64,000 nt of DNA from Candidatus Latescibacterota bacterium (GTDB taxonomy: Bacteria; Latescibacterota; UBA2968), in assembly GCA_965208125.1 (NCBI GenBank), contig OZ242320.1:5504001-5568000 (forward strand), given 5' to 3'. The notes under the pieces were generated by a model. It saw only the letters and a list, made by a program, of their open reading frames with translations, had not been told where the DNA came from and did no database searches. Of this stretch, positions 31,938 through 42,279 are shown one piece after another (within the stretch, counting starts at the first letter, position 1; every line of letters begins with the position of its first letter). A program made the translations under genes and the position numbers.

Positions 31938-34900
31938 TCAGAAACTAAACCTGGCGCCAAACGTAATGTCTCGCCGGTCACTAAAGAGGAGCGAAGGCCG
32001 TCGCATATCCGGGAAATCCAGGACATCGGTACCCGGTCGCTTGCCTTCTTGCAATTTGCCATTTGAATCTACTGTCCAGCCTATTGATTCCATATACGCG
32101 CGGAAGCGGTTGCCAGTATTCGTGCCGGAATATTCAAAGGCCCGACCACCGCCGAAGCTCCCCACGCCTCCTCTGGGCGTGTCTTCGGGCGCAGTCCCAA
32201 AAATGTCGGTGCGATTGCCGCCGCCCAGGGTGTGCGTATTTTTGAAGTTGAGCGGATTGGAAATCTCTATGAACAGCATAGGCGATCCCGGCATATCGAA
32301 CATCTTGGAAATGCGCAGGTGCGCGGCGTATTCATCAACCCACTGCGCGTTGAGTACATTGATCAGCGAAGCATCTGCATTGCCCGGGTTGTAGTTAAAC
32401 CACTCTCCCGCCTCGCGATCGAGGTAGAAACCGAGATTCCAGCCGCCCTTGAGCAGGCGCTGTTCGCCGCCGTAATCGAGGGGCGTTCGGAAATTGCCGC
32501 CCAATTTTATCTGGGGCTTTGCCTTGAATGGCGGCGCAGCATTGTTCGGGCTATTCTCAAGCACGGTTGTCGAAGGCGTTGAAACCGTCTTCGCATCGCG
32601 GATATCTTGCCACGCCGTGTTGCGAACCCGCGCCTGGCGAATATCATAAGACAAGAAACCGGTAAAGAACTGGCCTCGAGTCTTCTGCAACTTCAGCTCC
32701 AGCCCGCGCGCATCAGTCACAAAGGCATTTTGCGTGTTGCGCGGAGCACCAGTGTTAAATGCCCCCCTGATCCGCACGGCAGGCCATGCTTCGTTCTCGC
32801 CATCTTTGAAATAAACCGTTCCAGTCAAAAGATACTGGCCCTGGAAGCTGCGTTCATACCCCATCTCATACTGAATCGTGCGCTCCATCTTCATCCACGG
32901 ATTGCCAAAAAACTCCAGCGACTGTCCCAAACCGCTCTGCGTGCGATACATATCGCGCGTATTCACAATCTGGTTAAAGTGCCCGTAGTTGATGAACATT
33001 TTGCTCAAATCCGTAATCGGATAAGACGCGCCAAAACGGGGACTGAAAGCCCAATCGGTTGGTGGACGCACCTTGCGCACCGCGCGATAAACAGCTTCGG
33101 CATCTCTGCCAAACCACGGGAAATGGGTTTCATTCGGAAGGTCGAAGTAAAGGTCGGGGCGATGCCAATCCAGACGAGCACCCGCGTTGACCACGATATC
33201 GCGATATTCCATCCTGTCCTGGAAAAAGACGCCGCCGAAGATCGGGGTTTTCACAAAATAGTTGTTGTGATCACCCGTTGCGCCGCCCGAAGGCACATCC
33301 GATTCATTGAAAACGCCATCTCCATTGATATCGCCACCGTTGGGCAAGTCCGGATCGCTGCGCCCGGTCCACGGAAAGATCACATCATCCGTTGAACTGA
33401 CGCGCGGGCCTTCGTACTCATCCTTGTAAATGGGATCGCTAAATTCGGGAACTGCGGCTGGCACCATACCCCGGTTTTCGTGCAAATTGAAATGATGCAC
33501 CTGCACACCGGCTTTAATCTGGTGATGCGGGGTAATCTGACTGGTGAAATCAGCCGTAATATCGAGATCATCCATGGTGGACCAGTCGCCTGCACGGCTC
33601 TGACCGCCACCGCCCTGCATTCGGAAAATATTGAGAATATCATTGCCACCGGGCTTGTAATTCCAGCCAAAGGGCGCTTCGTTTAGAACCACGGCACCCC
33701 GCGCTCTGGCCGCATCGGCACTACTCTCGTCAACCTGTTCCATCGAACCATCTGTATGGATAGCCATTGCGGGCGCGTTGGTCAGTTTTTGCGGATGCCA
33801 TTGCGTGGTCCAATCCACATTCCCAAACCGCGCCGTCAAATTGTAAAATGTCTTGGCCGACAAAGTGTGGGTCCAGGAGACCAACCCGTGATTGCGCTCA
33901 ATTAGCATCTTCTGGAATTCGGCAGCGGGCATAAACATGCGCGAATGGAGATAGTTCTCAAAAACCGCCTGCTGTGTGCGCTGTGGCACGCCCACATTAT
34001 TGCCCTGATGGCTCCCGTGCTGGAACCCCCGGATATACTGCACACTCAATTTGGTCGTGGCAGTGGGGGTAAACGTCAGCTTGAGTTGTGTGGTATTGTC
34101 CCGATAAGAAACCGTGGCCACATCAAAGGGATAGGCCATGCGCTCTTTGCGGCTCGACGCCGTGAACCCCACCTTGTCTTTCAAAATCGGACCACCAACC
34201 GTAATATCCCACAAATAATCGTAATCGCGGTCTTCCGGGTTTGCGTTAAACGGACCGTCGGCAAACGGATCATCTCCGTCATGACTCCGATGCTGCCATT
34301 CCCATATCCCCCTGGCCTGCTCAACAGTGGTAATGGGATCGCCACTTACGCCAGCCACCCATTGTTGTCCACCGGCTGTGCGGTTTGCGAGTTCCTGGTT
34401 CCAGCCAATAAAGTCCGGCTCACCATCTCCATTGCGGTCTTCAGTAGGCGTATTGGACTGAAAACGCCCCACATCCCACCAGTTGTCTTCAGAATAGAGA
34501 TTTGGACCAAAATGCTTCTTGCCGGCGGGATTGTACGTGCCTTCTGCCGAAACAAAAAACTGGCTGGGTTCTTTGGTCACAAAGTTCACGACTCCACCGC
34601 GGATATTCCCGTATTCGGCATTAAAACCGCCCGTAAGCACCTGAACCTGCTTGATCGCGGTCTTTGAAAAAGATGTATAAGCGCGCTGATGGCGATTGTC
34701 AGCCGCGGTCACGCCGTCCATATTAAAACCGATGTTCATGGCGTTTTCACCGCGAATGGTAATACCCCATGCATCTTTATCCAAACCCACCTGCGTGGCG
34801 ACCTGATCCCGAATGCGCGCACCAACGGGAATTGTTTCGAGTTGCTCCTGCGTAATCGCCTGTTGTGCATACGATACGTCCATCTGCACGGGATCGAGAT

Positions 34901-35285
34901 CGGCTGTCACCACAATAGCGTCCAATTCGACCGTCGATTCTTTGAGCTGGAAGTCAACCGTTGCAGTGCGGTCTAAAAGCACTTCCACCTCAGTCTTGGA
35001 AACGCTCTGATACCCTACGAGGGAAGCTCGCACTTCGTAAGTGCCCGGCGATACGCGCAAAATGAAATACTCGCCGTTGACATCAACCGTCGCCCCCATC
35101 GTTGTACCCATCACTACGACATTGGCTCCGGGCAACGGCTCGCCAGAATCTGCATCCGTAACGCGCCCGGCGATCTTCCCCGTGGTCTGCGCCTGCAACC
35201 CAACCGGTAAGGCAAGCAACACTGTACACAACAGTGCCACCCAAAATCCCGGCGGGCGAAAAACATCTCTGTAAACGTTCTTCAT
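31938..35285 (-). CDS. Large TonB-dependent receptor
   Basis: GKIAGRV.D...GEPLPGANV, TGGFNAEYG, FSPRFG, C-terminal FSF. Confidence 0.9.
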   Translation of the reverse strand: MKNVYRDVFRPPGFWVALLCTVLLALPVGLQAQTTGKIAGRVTDADSGEPLPGANVVVMGTTMGATVDVNGEYFILRVSPGTYEVRASLVGYQSVSKTEVEVLLDRTATVDFQLKESTVELDAIVVTADLDPVQMDVSYAQQAITQEQLETIPVGARIRDQVATQVGLDKDAWGITIRGENAMNIGFNMDGVTAADNRHQRAYTSFSKTAIKQVQVLTGGFNAEYGNIRGGVVNFVTKEPSQFFVSAEGTYNPAGKKHFGPNLYSEDNWWDVGRFQSNTPTEDRNGDGEPDFIGWNQELANRTAGGQQWVAGVSGDPITTVEQARGIWEWQHRSHDGDDPFADGPFNANPEDRDYDYLWDITVGGPILKDKVGFTASSRKERMAYPFDVATVSYRDNTTQLKLTFTPTATTKLSVQYIRGFQHGSHQGNNVGVPQRTQQAVFENYLHSRMFMPAAEFQKMLIERNHGLVSWTHTLSAKTFYNLTARFGNVDWTTQWHPQKLTNAPAMAIHTDGSMEQVDESSADAARARGAVVLNEAPFGWNYKPGGNDILNIFRMQGGGGQSRAGDWSTMDDLDITADFTSQITPHHQIKAGVQVHHFNLHENRGMVPAAVPEFSDPIYKDEYEGPRVSSTDDVIFPWTGRSDPDLPNGGDINGDGVFNESDVPSGGATGDHNNYFVKTPIFGGVFFQDRMEYRDIVVNAGARLDWHRPDLYFDLPNETHFPWFGRDAEAVYRAVRKVRPPTDWAFSPRFGASYPITDLSKMFINYGHFNQIVNTRDMYRTQSGLGQSLEFFGNPWMKMERTIQYEMGYERSFQGQYLLTGTVYFKDGENEAWPAVRIRGAFNTGAPRNTQNAFVTDARGLELKLQKTRGQFFTGFLSYDIRQARVRNTAWQDIRDAKTVSTPSTTVLENSPNNAAPPFKAKPQIKLGGNFRTPLDYGGEQRLLKGGWNLGFYLDREAGEWFNYNPGNADASLINVLNAQWVDEYAAHLRISKMFDMPGSPMLFIEISNPLNFKNTHTLGGGNRTDIFGTAPEDTPRGGVGSFGGGRAFEYSGTNTGNRFRAYMESIGWTVDSNGKLQEGKRPGTDVLDFPDMRRPSLLFSDRRDITFGARFSF

Positions 35286-35357
35286 GCTCTACCTCCTTTG
35301 GGGGGTGAAAAAACTGTAACGAAAAACCGATATTTTTATGATACTACCTCAGTTGTA

Positions 35358-35386
35358 AGTTTATGGACTCTAATTCCCATTGTCAA
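35358..35386 (-). promoter_or_regulatory. Sigma70-like promoter of the TBDR-CTD protein-PorV operon
   Basis: Minus strand TTGACA-N17-TAAACT; AGGAGG RBS before ATG 35285. Confidence 0.55.
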
Positions 35387-35485
35387 GCGGAAGTTTGCCC
35401 GCTATCTTATGGAAAAAAAAGAAAGTTATAAACTCATATTCGACAAAAAACCCACGGAATCAACCCCTAAACAGGTCCTCACACA

Positions 35486-37036
35486 ATGAAACTCTCCAAC
35501 ATCAACACCACCGACATCATCGACGCAATCCGCCTGGGCAGCCGAATGATGTCCAATGTCTTCAATGCAGACGACAACGACCTGCCCTTCTTCAGTTCCG
35601 AAGTTAGCCCAAATCCACAATTGCGGTTTAGCGGAGTCCACACCGAGTCTCACGTGCCCGGCCGACACCTCAACGCATTGCTCAACGCCGAAGACGCCGC
35701 TGGCATTTCAGTCGATCCCGATGCGATTGAAAAACACGCCAACGCCGCCTTCTTCTCCTACAGCGGACCGGTCGCACTACCCCTCAACCGCACGGAGGTC
35801 AATGGACCTGTCAACGGCTTCACGACCCACAACGTGCGCGAAGGCTTCCACGCTCTGTACCCGCTGGTCAAATACAGAAACTCCGCGCGCGCGCGCGAAA
35901 TCGCCGAAAACAGCATCCGCGACATATTCGAACTATTCGACCCGGATTCGGGTTGGGACTTCAATCGCCTTGAAAATGAGCACGGCATAGAAGTGCGCGA
36001 AAATACCTTTATCACCGGAATCGCGCGATCAATCGGTCCCCTTGTCAAATACTACCGCGCCACAGGCTACGGACCTGCTCTCGAACTCGCCGTAATTCTG
36101 AAAGAAAAAACGACCCGCGAATTCTTCCTCGAATCGGGAGCTTATGACCGCGAGAGCTTCGGACCGCATACCCATTCGACAACCTGCGTCATGTCTTCGC
36201 TCGCACAACTCGCAGACCTTCTCGATGACGCGCGATTGCTCAACCGCGTCAAAGCATTTTACGACAACGGGCTATGGGAAATTCGCGATGAAATTGGATG
36301 GGTAATCGAGAACAGTGGAGATGATGCGAGTCCCGACCGAGGAGAGATCAACAACACGGGCGATATTGTCGAAACAGCCCTGATACTGGGCAGAAAGGGA
36401 TATACCGAATACTTTGAAGACGCCGAGCGCATCACGCGATGTCACATATTGCCCTCGCAATTGCGCGACAACAGCTTCATCGAAGACCCGCCCAATCCGC
36501 ACAACATAGACGGACTTCGCCAGGTCGCAGACCGGCATCTCGGCGGCTTTGGCTTTCCCGCACCTTATGGTCACGCGCCCCTCGGCTTTGAGCGGATCAG
36601 CTTCAATACAGACATCGTAGGCGGGGGCGTCGGCTCACTCTGCGAAGTCCTCCGCGAAGCCGTACGCACCGAATCCTCAATCCACCGGGTAAATCTCCAT
36701 TTCGACCTCGAAACCGAACATATCAAGGTTGAATCACCCTACACAAATGACTGCCTGAGAATCACAATCAAATCCCCCGGTCCCCTGTATGTCCGAATCC
36801 CAACGTGGGTCGATCCGTCCGATATCGCCGTCGCCGAACGCTTCACATGCACCAATGGCTATCTCTTAATATCCCAACCCCAGATCAACACCCCCATCGA
36901 GATACACTTTCCCCTCGCCGAACGCGAAATCTTATTGAAACACCGCACGCGCGACATCAGAGTACGCTTAAAAGGAGACTCAGTCCTCGCGATGGAAAAT
37001 CACGGTGCTGATCTGACCTATTTCGATCCTCTATAG
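35486..37036 (+). CDS. Hypothetical protein, possible six-hairpin glycosidase (GH127-like)
   Basis: HTHS, GEINNTGD, AERI..H, LYVRIPTW resemble GH127/DUF1680-type proteins. Confidence 0.5.
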   Translation: MKLSNINTTDIIDAIRLGSRMMSNVFNADDNDLPFFSSEVSPNPQLRFSGVHTESHVPGRHLNALLNAEDAAGISVDPDAIEKHANAAFFSYSGPVALPLNRTEVNGPVNGFTTHNVREGFHALYPLVKYRNSARAREIAENSIRDIFELFDPDSGWDFNRLENEHGIEVRENTFITGIARSIGPLVKYYRATGYGPALELAVILKEKTTREFFLESGAYDRESFGPHTHSTTCVMSSLAQLADLLDDARLLNRVKAFYDNGLWEIRDEIGWVIENSGDDASPDRGEINNTGDIVETALILGRKGYTEYFEDAERITRCHILPSQLRDNSFIEDPPNPHNIDGLRQVADRHLGGFGFPAPYGHAPLGFERISFNTDIVGGGVGSLCEVLREAVRTESSIHRVNLHFDLETEHIKVESPYTNDCLRITIKSPGPLYVRIPTWVDPSDIAVAERFTCTNGYLLISQPQINTPIEIHFPLAEREILLKHRTRDIRVRLKGDSVLAMENHGADLTYFDPL

Positions 37037-37128
37037 CCGACCCATTCCCGCACTTACAAACGCGAGTTCATGTGTCGGAATAGGCTCGCTGGACTGGGAG
37101 CGCACCCGTTCCACCAGGCTATTCCATA

Positions 37129-37162
37129 TTAATAACGCCAGTCTTCATGAGCGAATAGCGCG
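37129..37162 (-). repeat. Duplicate of the 3' end of the M48/YgjP gene
   Basis: 29/34 identical to 38439-38472 by manual alignment; encodes ALFAHEDWRY* versus APLAHEDWRY*. Confidence 0.8.
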
Positions 37163-37178
37163 AGCATCTTTCGGTAGA

Positions 37179-37526
37179 TCAACTGCTCTTGAATGCGTTA
37201 AGAGCCTCTTTCTGAGAGTCATAGACAGCGACCAACTGATCAAAACGCCCGAGCGCCATAACCTTGCGAATTGGATCCGATAGGGCGCAAACTCCAAATT
37301 GCTTGCCCGATGCCTTAAATTCCCTGGCAAAGATCAGAAAAATCCGAATCCCTGCACTGCTGATAAAGGATACCTGTTCACAGTCCAGGATCAATGCATG
37401 CTCTTCAGGATTAATACCAGATTCCAGGACACTCTGAAATTCAGAAGCAGTGATACTGTCAATAGGACCACTGGGCATTGCAATCAAGACTCCGTCTTTC
37501 CGCTCCCACTTAATATCTATATTCAT
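37179..37526 (-). CDS. STAS-domain anti-sigma factor antagonist
   Basis: GPIDS, LILDCEQVSFISSAGIR. Confidence 0.85.
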   Translation of the reverse strand: MNIDIKWERKDGVLIAMPSGPIDSITASEFQSVLESGINPEEHALILDCEQVSFISSAGIRIFLIFAREFKASGKQFGVCALSDPIRKVMALGRFDQLVAVYDSQKEALNAFKSS

Positions 37527-37597
37527 CTGAATATATCCCCTTGCAGGTAAATGTATTATGATAAAAATGTCGGTTAAAATTATCTGAAAAATGCCCT

Positions 37598-38431
37598 TCA
37601 TCCTGAACTCTGTAGTGAGCCTCGGCGCAGCGTCAACCGCAAGTAATCTTCTGTCGCCTCAAACTCCGGGTCAACGCCGTTTTGCGCCCGCATCAGCGGA
37701 ATGATCTTGTTTCTCACGCCCATGCCGCGCGCATCGGAATAGCTATAGTCCCGCAATGTCTCGGAGATAAGCAAATTGCGGGGAATGCGCTGACCGGCGA
37801 CCATTTTTTCAATTGTCATGCCATTTTGCAACGCACCGGGGCTTGTAATCTCAATGCGATCTGCGTAACAGACCACCTCGATTTGCTCGTACCGCGTCCA
37901 GTCCCGATGCGTAAGCGCGTTGACAATGCCTTCGCGAAGCGCGTCCAGCGGATAGTGCCAACGCCGTTCCCGTCGCATAGATTCATCTACCTGTCCCGCC
38001 TCCTCGGACACGAATGGCCGCATTGCATCGGCAAGACGTTCAATGAGACCCTTTTCCACAAGTTCACGCCCCCCCGACAATACCCGCCAGAGATCGACAA
38101 GCGGTCCTTCAATCACCTGATCGTCAAGAGCCTCATAAGTCTTTTCCTCCCCATCGAAACACATCCAGCGAATACCGGCATGGCGCAACAGGCGGCGCGG
38201 TCGATAGCCGAACAAAATCAACCCGGCGATCGTACATGCAGGCGGGCCATCCTCCCGCTCGACCATAAATCCCAACGCGCAAAGCCGCTCGTTCCACGCC
38301 TCGTCTGTCTCCGGAACATCTCGATCTCCGACAATAACTGTGAGATAATCCGCCAGTCTTTCCCTGCTCAACTCGCGAAGGTCGCTACCAGAAACAGGCA
38401 ATAATTCCGTGATTTTTTTGTACATACCCAC
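37598..38431 (-). CDS. RecG C-terminal/HATPase_c_4-type ATP-binding protein, probably N-terminally truncated
   Basis: YP..ALREGIVNALTHRDW, DRIEITSPGAL, PRN, GMGV; lacks the usual AlbA_2 N-terminus. Confidence 0.7.
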   Translation of the reverse strand: MGMYKKITELLPVSGSDLRELSRERLADYLTVIVGDRDVPETDEAWNERLCALGFMVEREDGPPACTIAGLILFGYRPRRLLRHAGIRWMCFDGEEKTYEALDDQVIEGPLVDLWRVLSGGRELVEKGLIERLADAMRPFVSEEAGQVDESMRRERRWHYPLDALREGIVNALTHRDWTRYEQIEVVCYADRIEITSPGALQNGMTIEKMVAGQRIPRNLLISETLRDYSYSDARGMGVRNKIIPLMRAQNGVDPEFEATEDYLRLTLRRGSLQSSG

Positions 38432-38438
38432 GTTCTAT

Positions 38439-39161
38439 TCAATAACGCCAATCTTCATGAGCGAGCGGCGCGCGATTGAGTGTGTCTCTGTGCAAGCGCC
38501 ACTGGGGCATGAACGCATCCATCAGATCTCGAAACCGATCATTGTGACTCGGCTCAATCAAATGTACCATCTCGTGTACAAGAATGTACGCCAGACACAT
38601 AGTCGGCTTTTTGGCGAGTTCGAGATTTATCCAGATGCGCCTATCTTCCACATTACATGACCCCCAACGGGTCTTCATCCTCTTAATGCGAACCTCGGCG
38701 ACCTTCACACCAATTTTTTCTTCCCATTTGGCGAGCAGTGGGGGCAACTGGTCGCGGAGTTGGCGGCGATACCAGCGATGAAGTATCGCTTCCCGGGCGT
38801 CTCGATTATCCCCCGGGCGAATGCGTAACCCCAGTGTCGCGTTATTAAGCACCTGCACACCCGGACGGCCATCGTGTGCAATCACCTTGAGCCTGTAGCG
38901 TCGCCCTCTAAAATAATGGCTCTCTCCGGTCACAAACTCCCGCTGGGATTGGCGATCCTGCTGCTCAAACTCCAACCGTTTCCGCCGAATCCATCCTATG
39001 CGCGAAATCACAGCCAGCCGCACAGCTTCATCATCGAGGCGCAGCGGAGCAGCCACCCGCACCCGACCACCTGGTGGGTACACACCCACATGGAGATTCT
39101 TGATGTCCTTGCGGACGACCTCTACCGATATCCCGCCTATGTCGATGCGATGGCCTTCCAC
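38439..39161 (-). CDS. M48/YgjP (DUF45) metallopeptidase-like protein associated with type I RM
   Basis: MKTRWGSC, YILVHEMVH, HNDRF. Confidence 0.9.
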   Translation of the reverse strand: MEGHRIDIGGISVEVVRKDIKNLHVGVYPPGGRVRVAAPLRLDDEAVRLAVISRIGWIRRKRLEFEQQDRQSQREFVTGESHYFRGRRYRLKVIAHDGRPGVQVLNNATLGLRIRPGDNRDAREAILHRWYRRQLRDQLPPLLAKWEEKIGVKVAEVRIKRMKTRWGSCNVEDRRIWINLELAKKPTMCLAYILVHEMVHLIEPSHNDRFRDLMDAFMPQWRLHRDTLNRAPLAHEDWRY

Positions 39162-39162
39162 C

Positions 39163-42100
39163 TCAGTAGTCCTGTTGATTCTTCACTATCGCGAAAATCT
39201 GTTCTGCAAGATTTTCGTCATCGAGTTCTGACTTGATTGCTCTGAGGACCTCGCGTTCCTTGAACTTGTTTCCTCGCCAGTCAGCCTTCTTCACACTACG
39301 AATGGCGGAATCTATGGCAAGTGCCTTCGCCGCTTTGATATCCACAAGTGGCTCGGCGTCGTAGGATAGCGCTGAATCTCGCACCTGCAAATTATCGAAA
39401 AGTGCTCGCAGTGCAGCACTGTCGATACTTGAAGGATAGGAGACCTGCGTCTGCGGATTGCTGATCCTCTCAGTCAGCGCGACGATCCGGGACAAGTAAT
39501 CCTTGTAATCTATTGCCTCTTGCTTGCGCTGGAGAATCAGAGCATCCAGCAACTCCGACATCTTCTCATAGTACCTGGGATTGACCGCCATCTCGTCAAT
39601 AATGAGCCGCCGCACATTGTTCTCAACCGTTTCGGCTACGGCCTCGGGATTCTTACGGATACCCTCGGGTAGTGCGTCCAACGCTGCATCGCCGCGCTCG
39701 ACAATCAGTTCCACAAGCGTCAAATCGTCAAAGGTCGAAAGCTCCTCGCTATCTTCTGCGCGGATGTACGTGTCGAGCAAGTGCCGCATCGCTGGCTCGT
39801 ACATCTTCAGATTGATATAGTCACCACTGGCGAGCTTGACCTCCTCGCGCACCTTCTCATAGTGCCCCACTTCGGCCTTGATCTCTCGCACCTCGTCGTC
39901 GGAGTACCCGGCCTCGCGCATCTCATTGGCTATGTTGGCATAAGCCCGCAGATACGCCGCGGTCATTTTGTAGAGGGCTATGCGCCTGGGTTCTTTATCA
40001 TTGACTTGCCCATCGTCGTCAGTAGCACAGAAGAAACGCAAATAATCCGCAGTATCGCGCGGCGGCTCCACCGGCTCGCACAGAGCCTTAATCGCCTCGC
40101 AGGTCTCCTCCAACCGCTCTCTCCCCTGCTGAAGCCGATCCTTCAATAACCCCCTCACATCATCGTTGTCATACCCCTCAAAAGCCTCGCCAGTATAATC
40201 CCTGATTGATCGCTCCAGCGACCGGAACAGATCCTTGTAATCAATGATATAGCCGTATTCCTTGTCCTCACCGTCGAGGCGATTGACGCGGCAGATCGCC
40301 TGGAACAGACCGTGGTCTTGCATCTGCTTGTCGATGTAGAGATAGGTCGCTGATGGTGCGTCAAAGCCAGTCAACAACTTATCGACCACGATCAAAAGCT
40401 TCATCCGTCCCGGCTCATCGACAAAGCGTTTCTTCACTTCCCGCTCGAACTGCCCAACCTTGTTCATCGCTGTGTCTTCCGGTTCGTTAAAATGAGCCGC
40501 GAGCATCTTTCGATAGATGTCGTACTGGCGCAACTTCTCGGTCAACCCCTCGCCGGTCTCTTCGCCTTTGATATCCGCCGGAGCAGGTCTATAAGAAGTC
40601 ACGATAGCGCATTTATCCGCCAAATCAGTCTGCTGAAACATCTGAAAAAAGCGACAAGCCGAATAAATGCTGCCAGATACGAGCATCGCATTACCGTGGC
40701 CACTCTGCAGACGGTCGCGTGTTTCCATATCGAGCAGAATATCTGCGACAATCTTCTGCAGCCGATCCTGCGAACTCAGTACCTGCCGCATCGTACCCCA
40801 CCGTCTTTTGAGCTGCGCCTTCGCCGCGTTGGTCAGCCCTCTGGTTTTAAGCTCGAACCACTGATCAATCCTATCCTGCGAGGTAATATTCTGGTCAATA
40901 TCGCGCGCCTCGTAACGCAAATCCAACACCACATTGTCGCTCACAGCCTCGTCGTACTTATAGGTGTGGATGTACGGCCCAAAGGTCTCGATGCTCCGCC
41001 TCTTGTCGGCTTTGAGCAACGGCGTTCCGGTAAAGCCGATCAGCATTGCGCTCGGTAACACGGTCTTCATTGCCTCGTGGAGTTTCCCAGACTGGGTGCG
41101 GTGACACTCATCCACAAAAACGAATATCTCGCCCTTTGCATGAAAGCCCCTGGGCAAATGCCTGCGAATATCCTCAATAAATGCGTCGATATCACCTTCC
41201 TCTGACGTGCCGAACTTTTGGATCAACGAACAGATCAACCACTCGTCGCCAGCATTGAGCACGCGCACCAGATCAGCACCGCTACTTGTGCGATAAATGT
41301 CTTCGCTGACACCCTTGAAGACCTTTTCAATCTGTTCATCCAGTTCCGTGCGGTCAGTGATAATCAGCACCCGCGAGTCAGTAATATTCTCGCGAATCCA
41401 CTTCGCCAACCAGACCATGACCAGACTCTTGCCACTGCCCTGGGTATGCCAGATAATCCCGCCCTCGCGTCGCTTCACCTGTTCCTGAGCCGCTCGCACC
41501 CCAAAGTACTGATTGTGGCGACAGGTCTTCTTGATCCCCGCATCAAAGACAATGAAGTTATGCACAATATCGAGCAACCGCTCCTTACCACAAAGTTGGC
41601 TCAGTTCCCGCAACAGCGGATTATCCCCAGCATCCGGATGCGCCTCAGCCTCCTTCCAGCGCAACCAGTACTTCTCCGGCGTCTCAATCACGCCATAGCG
41701 CAAACCCTCGGTTTCATTGCCCGCCATCACGAGTTGCACCGTGGTATAAAACGAACGAATGAACTCCTTTTTCTGACTATCGAGATTCTGCCGGATACCC
41801 TCAGTCACAGAGACCGTAGAACGCTTCAGTTCCAACACCCCCAGCGCAATACCATTGACATAGAGCACGAGATCCGGACGTCTGGTATTCTCTGCGGTAA
41901 CCGTCACCTCCTCGGCAATAGCAAAGTCATTGTTGTCGGGATTTTTCCAATCAATCAACCAGATCGTATCGGTATGCTCGCCCACATCCGGCTGCACCTT
42001 CACACCATAGCGCAGCAAACTATAGACCTCTCGGTTGACATCATAGAGCGTCTTACTACCCCCCAGAGCAGCCACCTTGCCCAGCTCAAACAGCACCTTA

Positions 42101-42279
42101 CCGATGATTTTGCTATCGTGCCCCTGCCCCTCAAGCCAGTCGGTGAGCAGTGCCTCCTCAACATTGCGATTATTGTCGCGGTCCTGCCAGTTGCCGAGAT
42201 ATGTATAGCCCAGCGCATCCTTGAAAAACGCAATCACGCGCTTCTGCGTAAGAATCTCCCGTTGTCCGACTTTACTCAT
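39163..42279 (-). CDS. hsdR: Type I RM restriction subunit
   Basis: RPDLVLYVNGI...ELK, WHTQGSGKS, DECHR, FTGTP, LLTGFDAP, QAICRVNR. Confidence 0.97.
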   Translation of the reverse strand: MSKVGQREILTQKRVIAFFKDALGYTYLGNWQDRDNNRNVEEALLTDWLEGQGHDSKIIGKVLFELGKVAALGGSKTLYDVNREVYSLLRYGVKVQPDVGEHTDTIWLIDWKNPDNNDFAIAEEVTVTAENTRRPDLVLYVNGIALGVLELKRSTVSVTEGIRQNLDSQKKEFIRSFYTTVQLVMAGNETEGLRYGVIETPEKYWLRWKEAEAHPDAGDNPLLRELSQLCGKERLLDIVHNFIVFDAGIKKTCRHNQYFGVRAAQEQVKRREGGIIWHTQGSGKSLVMVWLAKWIRENITDSRVLIITDRTELDEQIEKVFKGVSEDIYRTSSGADLVRVLNAGDEWLICSLIQKFGTSEEGDIDAFIEDIRRHLPRGFHAKGEIFVFVDECHRTQSGKLHEAMKTVLPSAMLIGFTGTPLLKADKRRSIETFGPYIHTYKYDEAVSDNVVLDLRYEARDIDQNITSQDRIDQWFELKTRGLTNAAKAQLKRRWGTMRQVLSSQDRLQKIVADILLDMETRDRLQSGHGNAMLVSGSIYSACRFFQMFQQTDLADKCAIVTSYRPAPADIKGEETGEGLTEKLRQYDIYRKMLAAHFNEPEDTAMNKVGQFEREVKKRFVDEPGRMKLLIVVDKLLTGFDAPSATYLYIDKQMQDHGLFQAICRVNRLDGEDKEYGYIIDYKDLFRSLERSIRDYTGEAFEGYDNDDVRGLLKDRLQQGRERLEETCEAIKALCEPVEPPRDTADYLRFFCATDDDGQVNDKEPRRIALYKMTAAYLRAYANIANEMREAGYSDDEVREIKAEVGHYEKVREEVKLASGDYINLKMYEPAMRHLLDTYIRAEDSEELSTFDDLTLVELIVERGDAALDALPEGIRKNPEAVAETVENNVRRLIIDEMAVNPRYYEKMSELLDALILQRKQEAIDYKDYLSRIVALTERISNPQTQVSYPSSIDSAALRALFDNLQVRDSALSYDAEPLVDIKAAKALAIDSAIRSVKKADWRGNKFKEREVLRAIKSELDDENLAEQIFAIVKNQQDY

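Noticed and set aside
32607-34667. Long plus-strand ORFs (262 and 240 aa)
   Set aside because: Antisense shadows of the TonB-dependent receptor.
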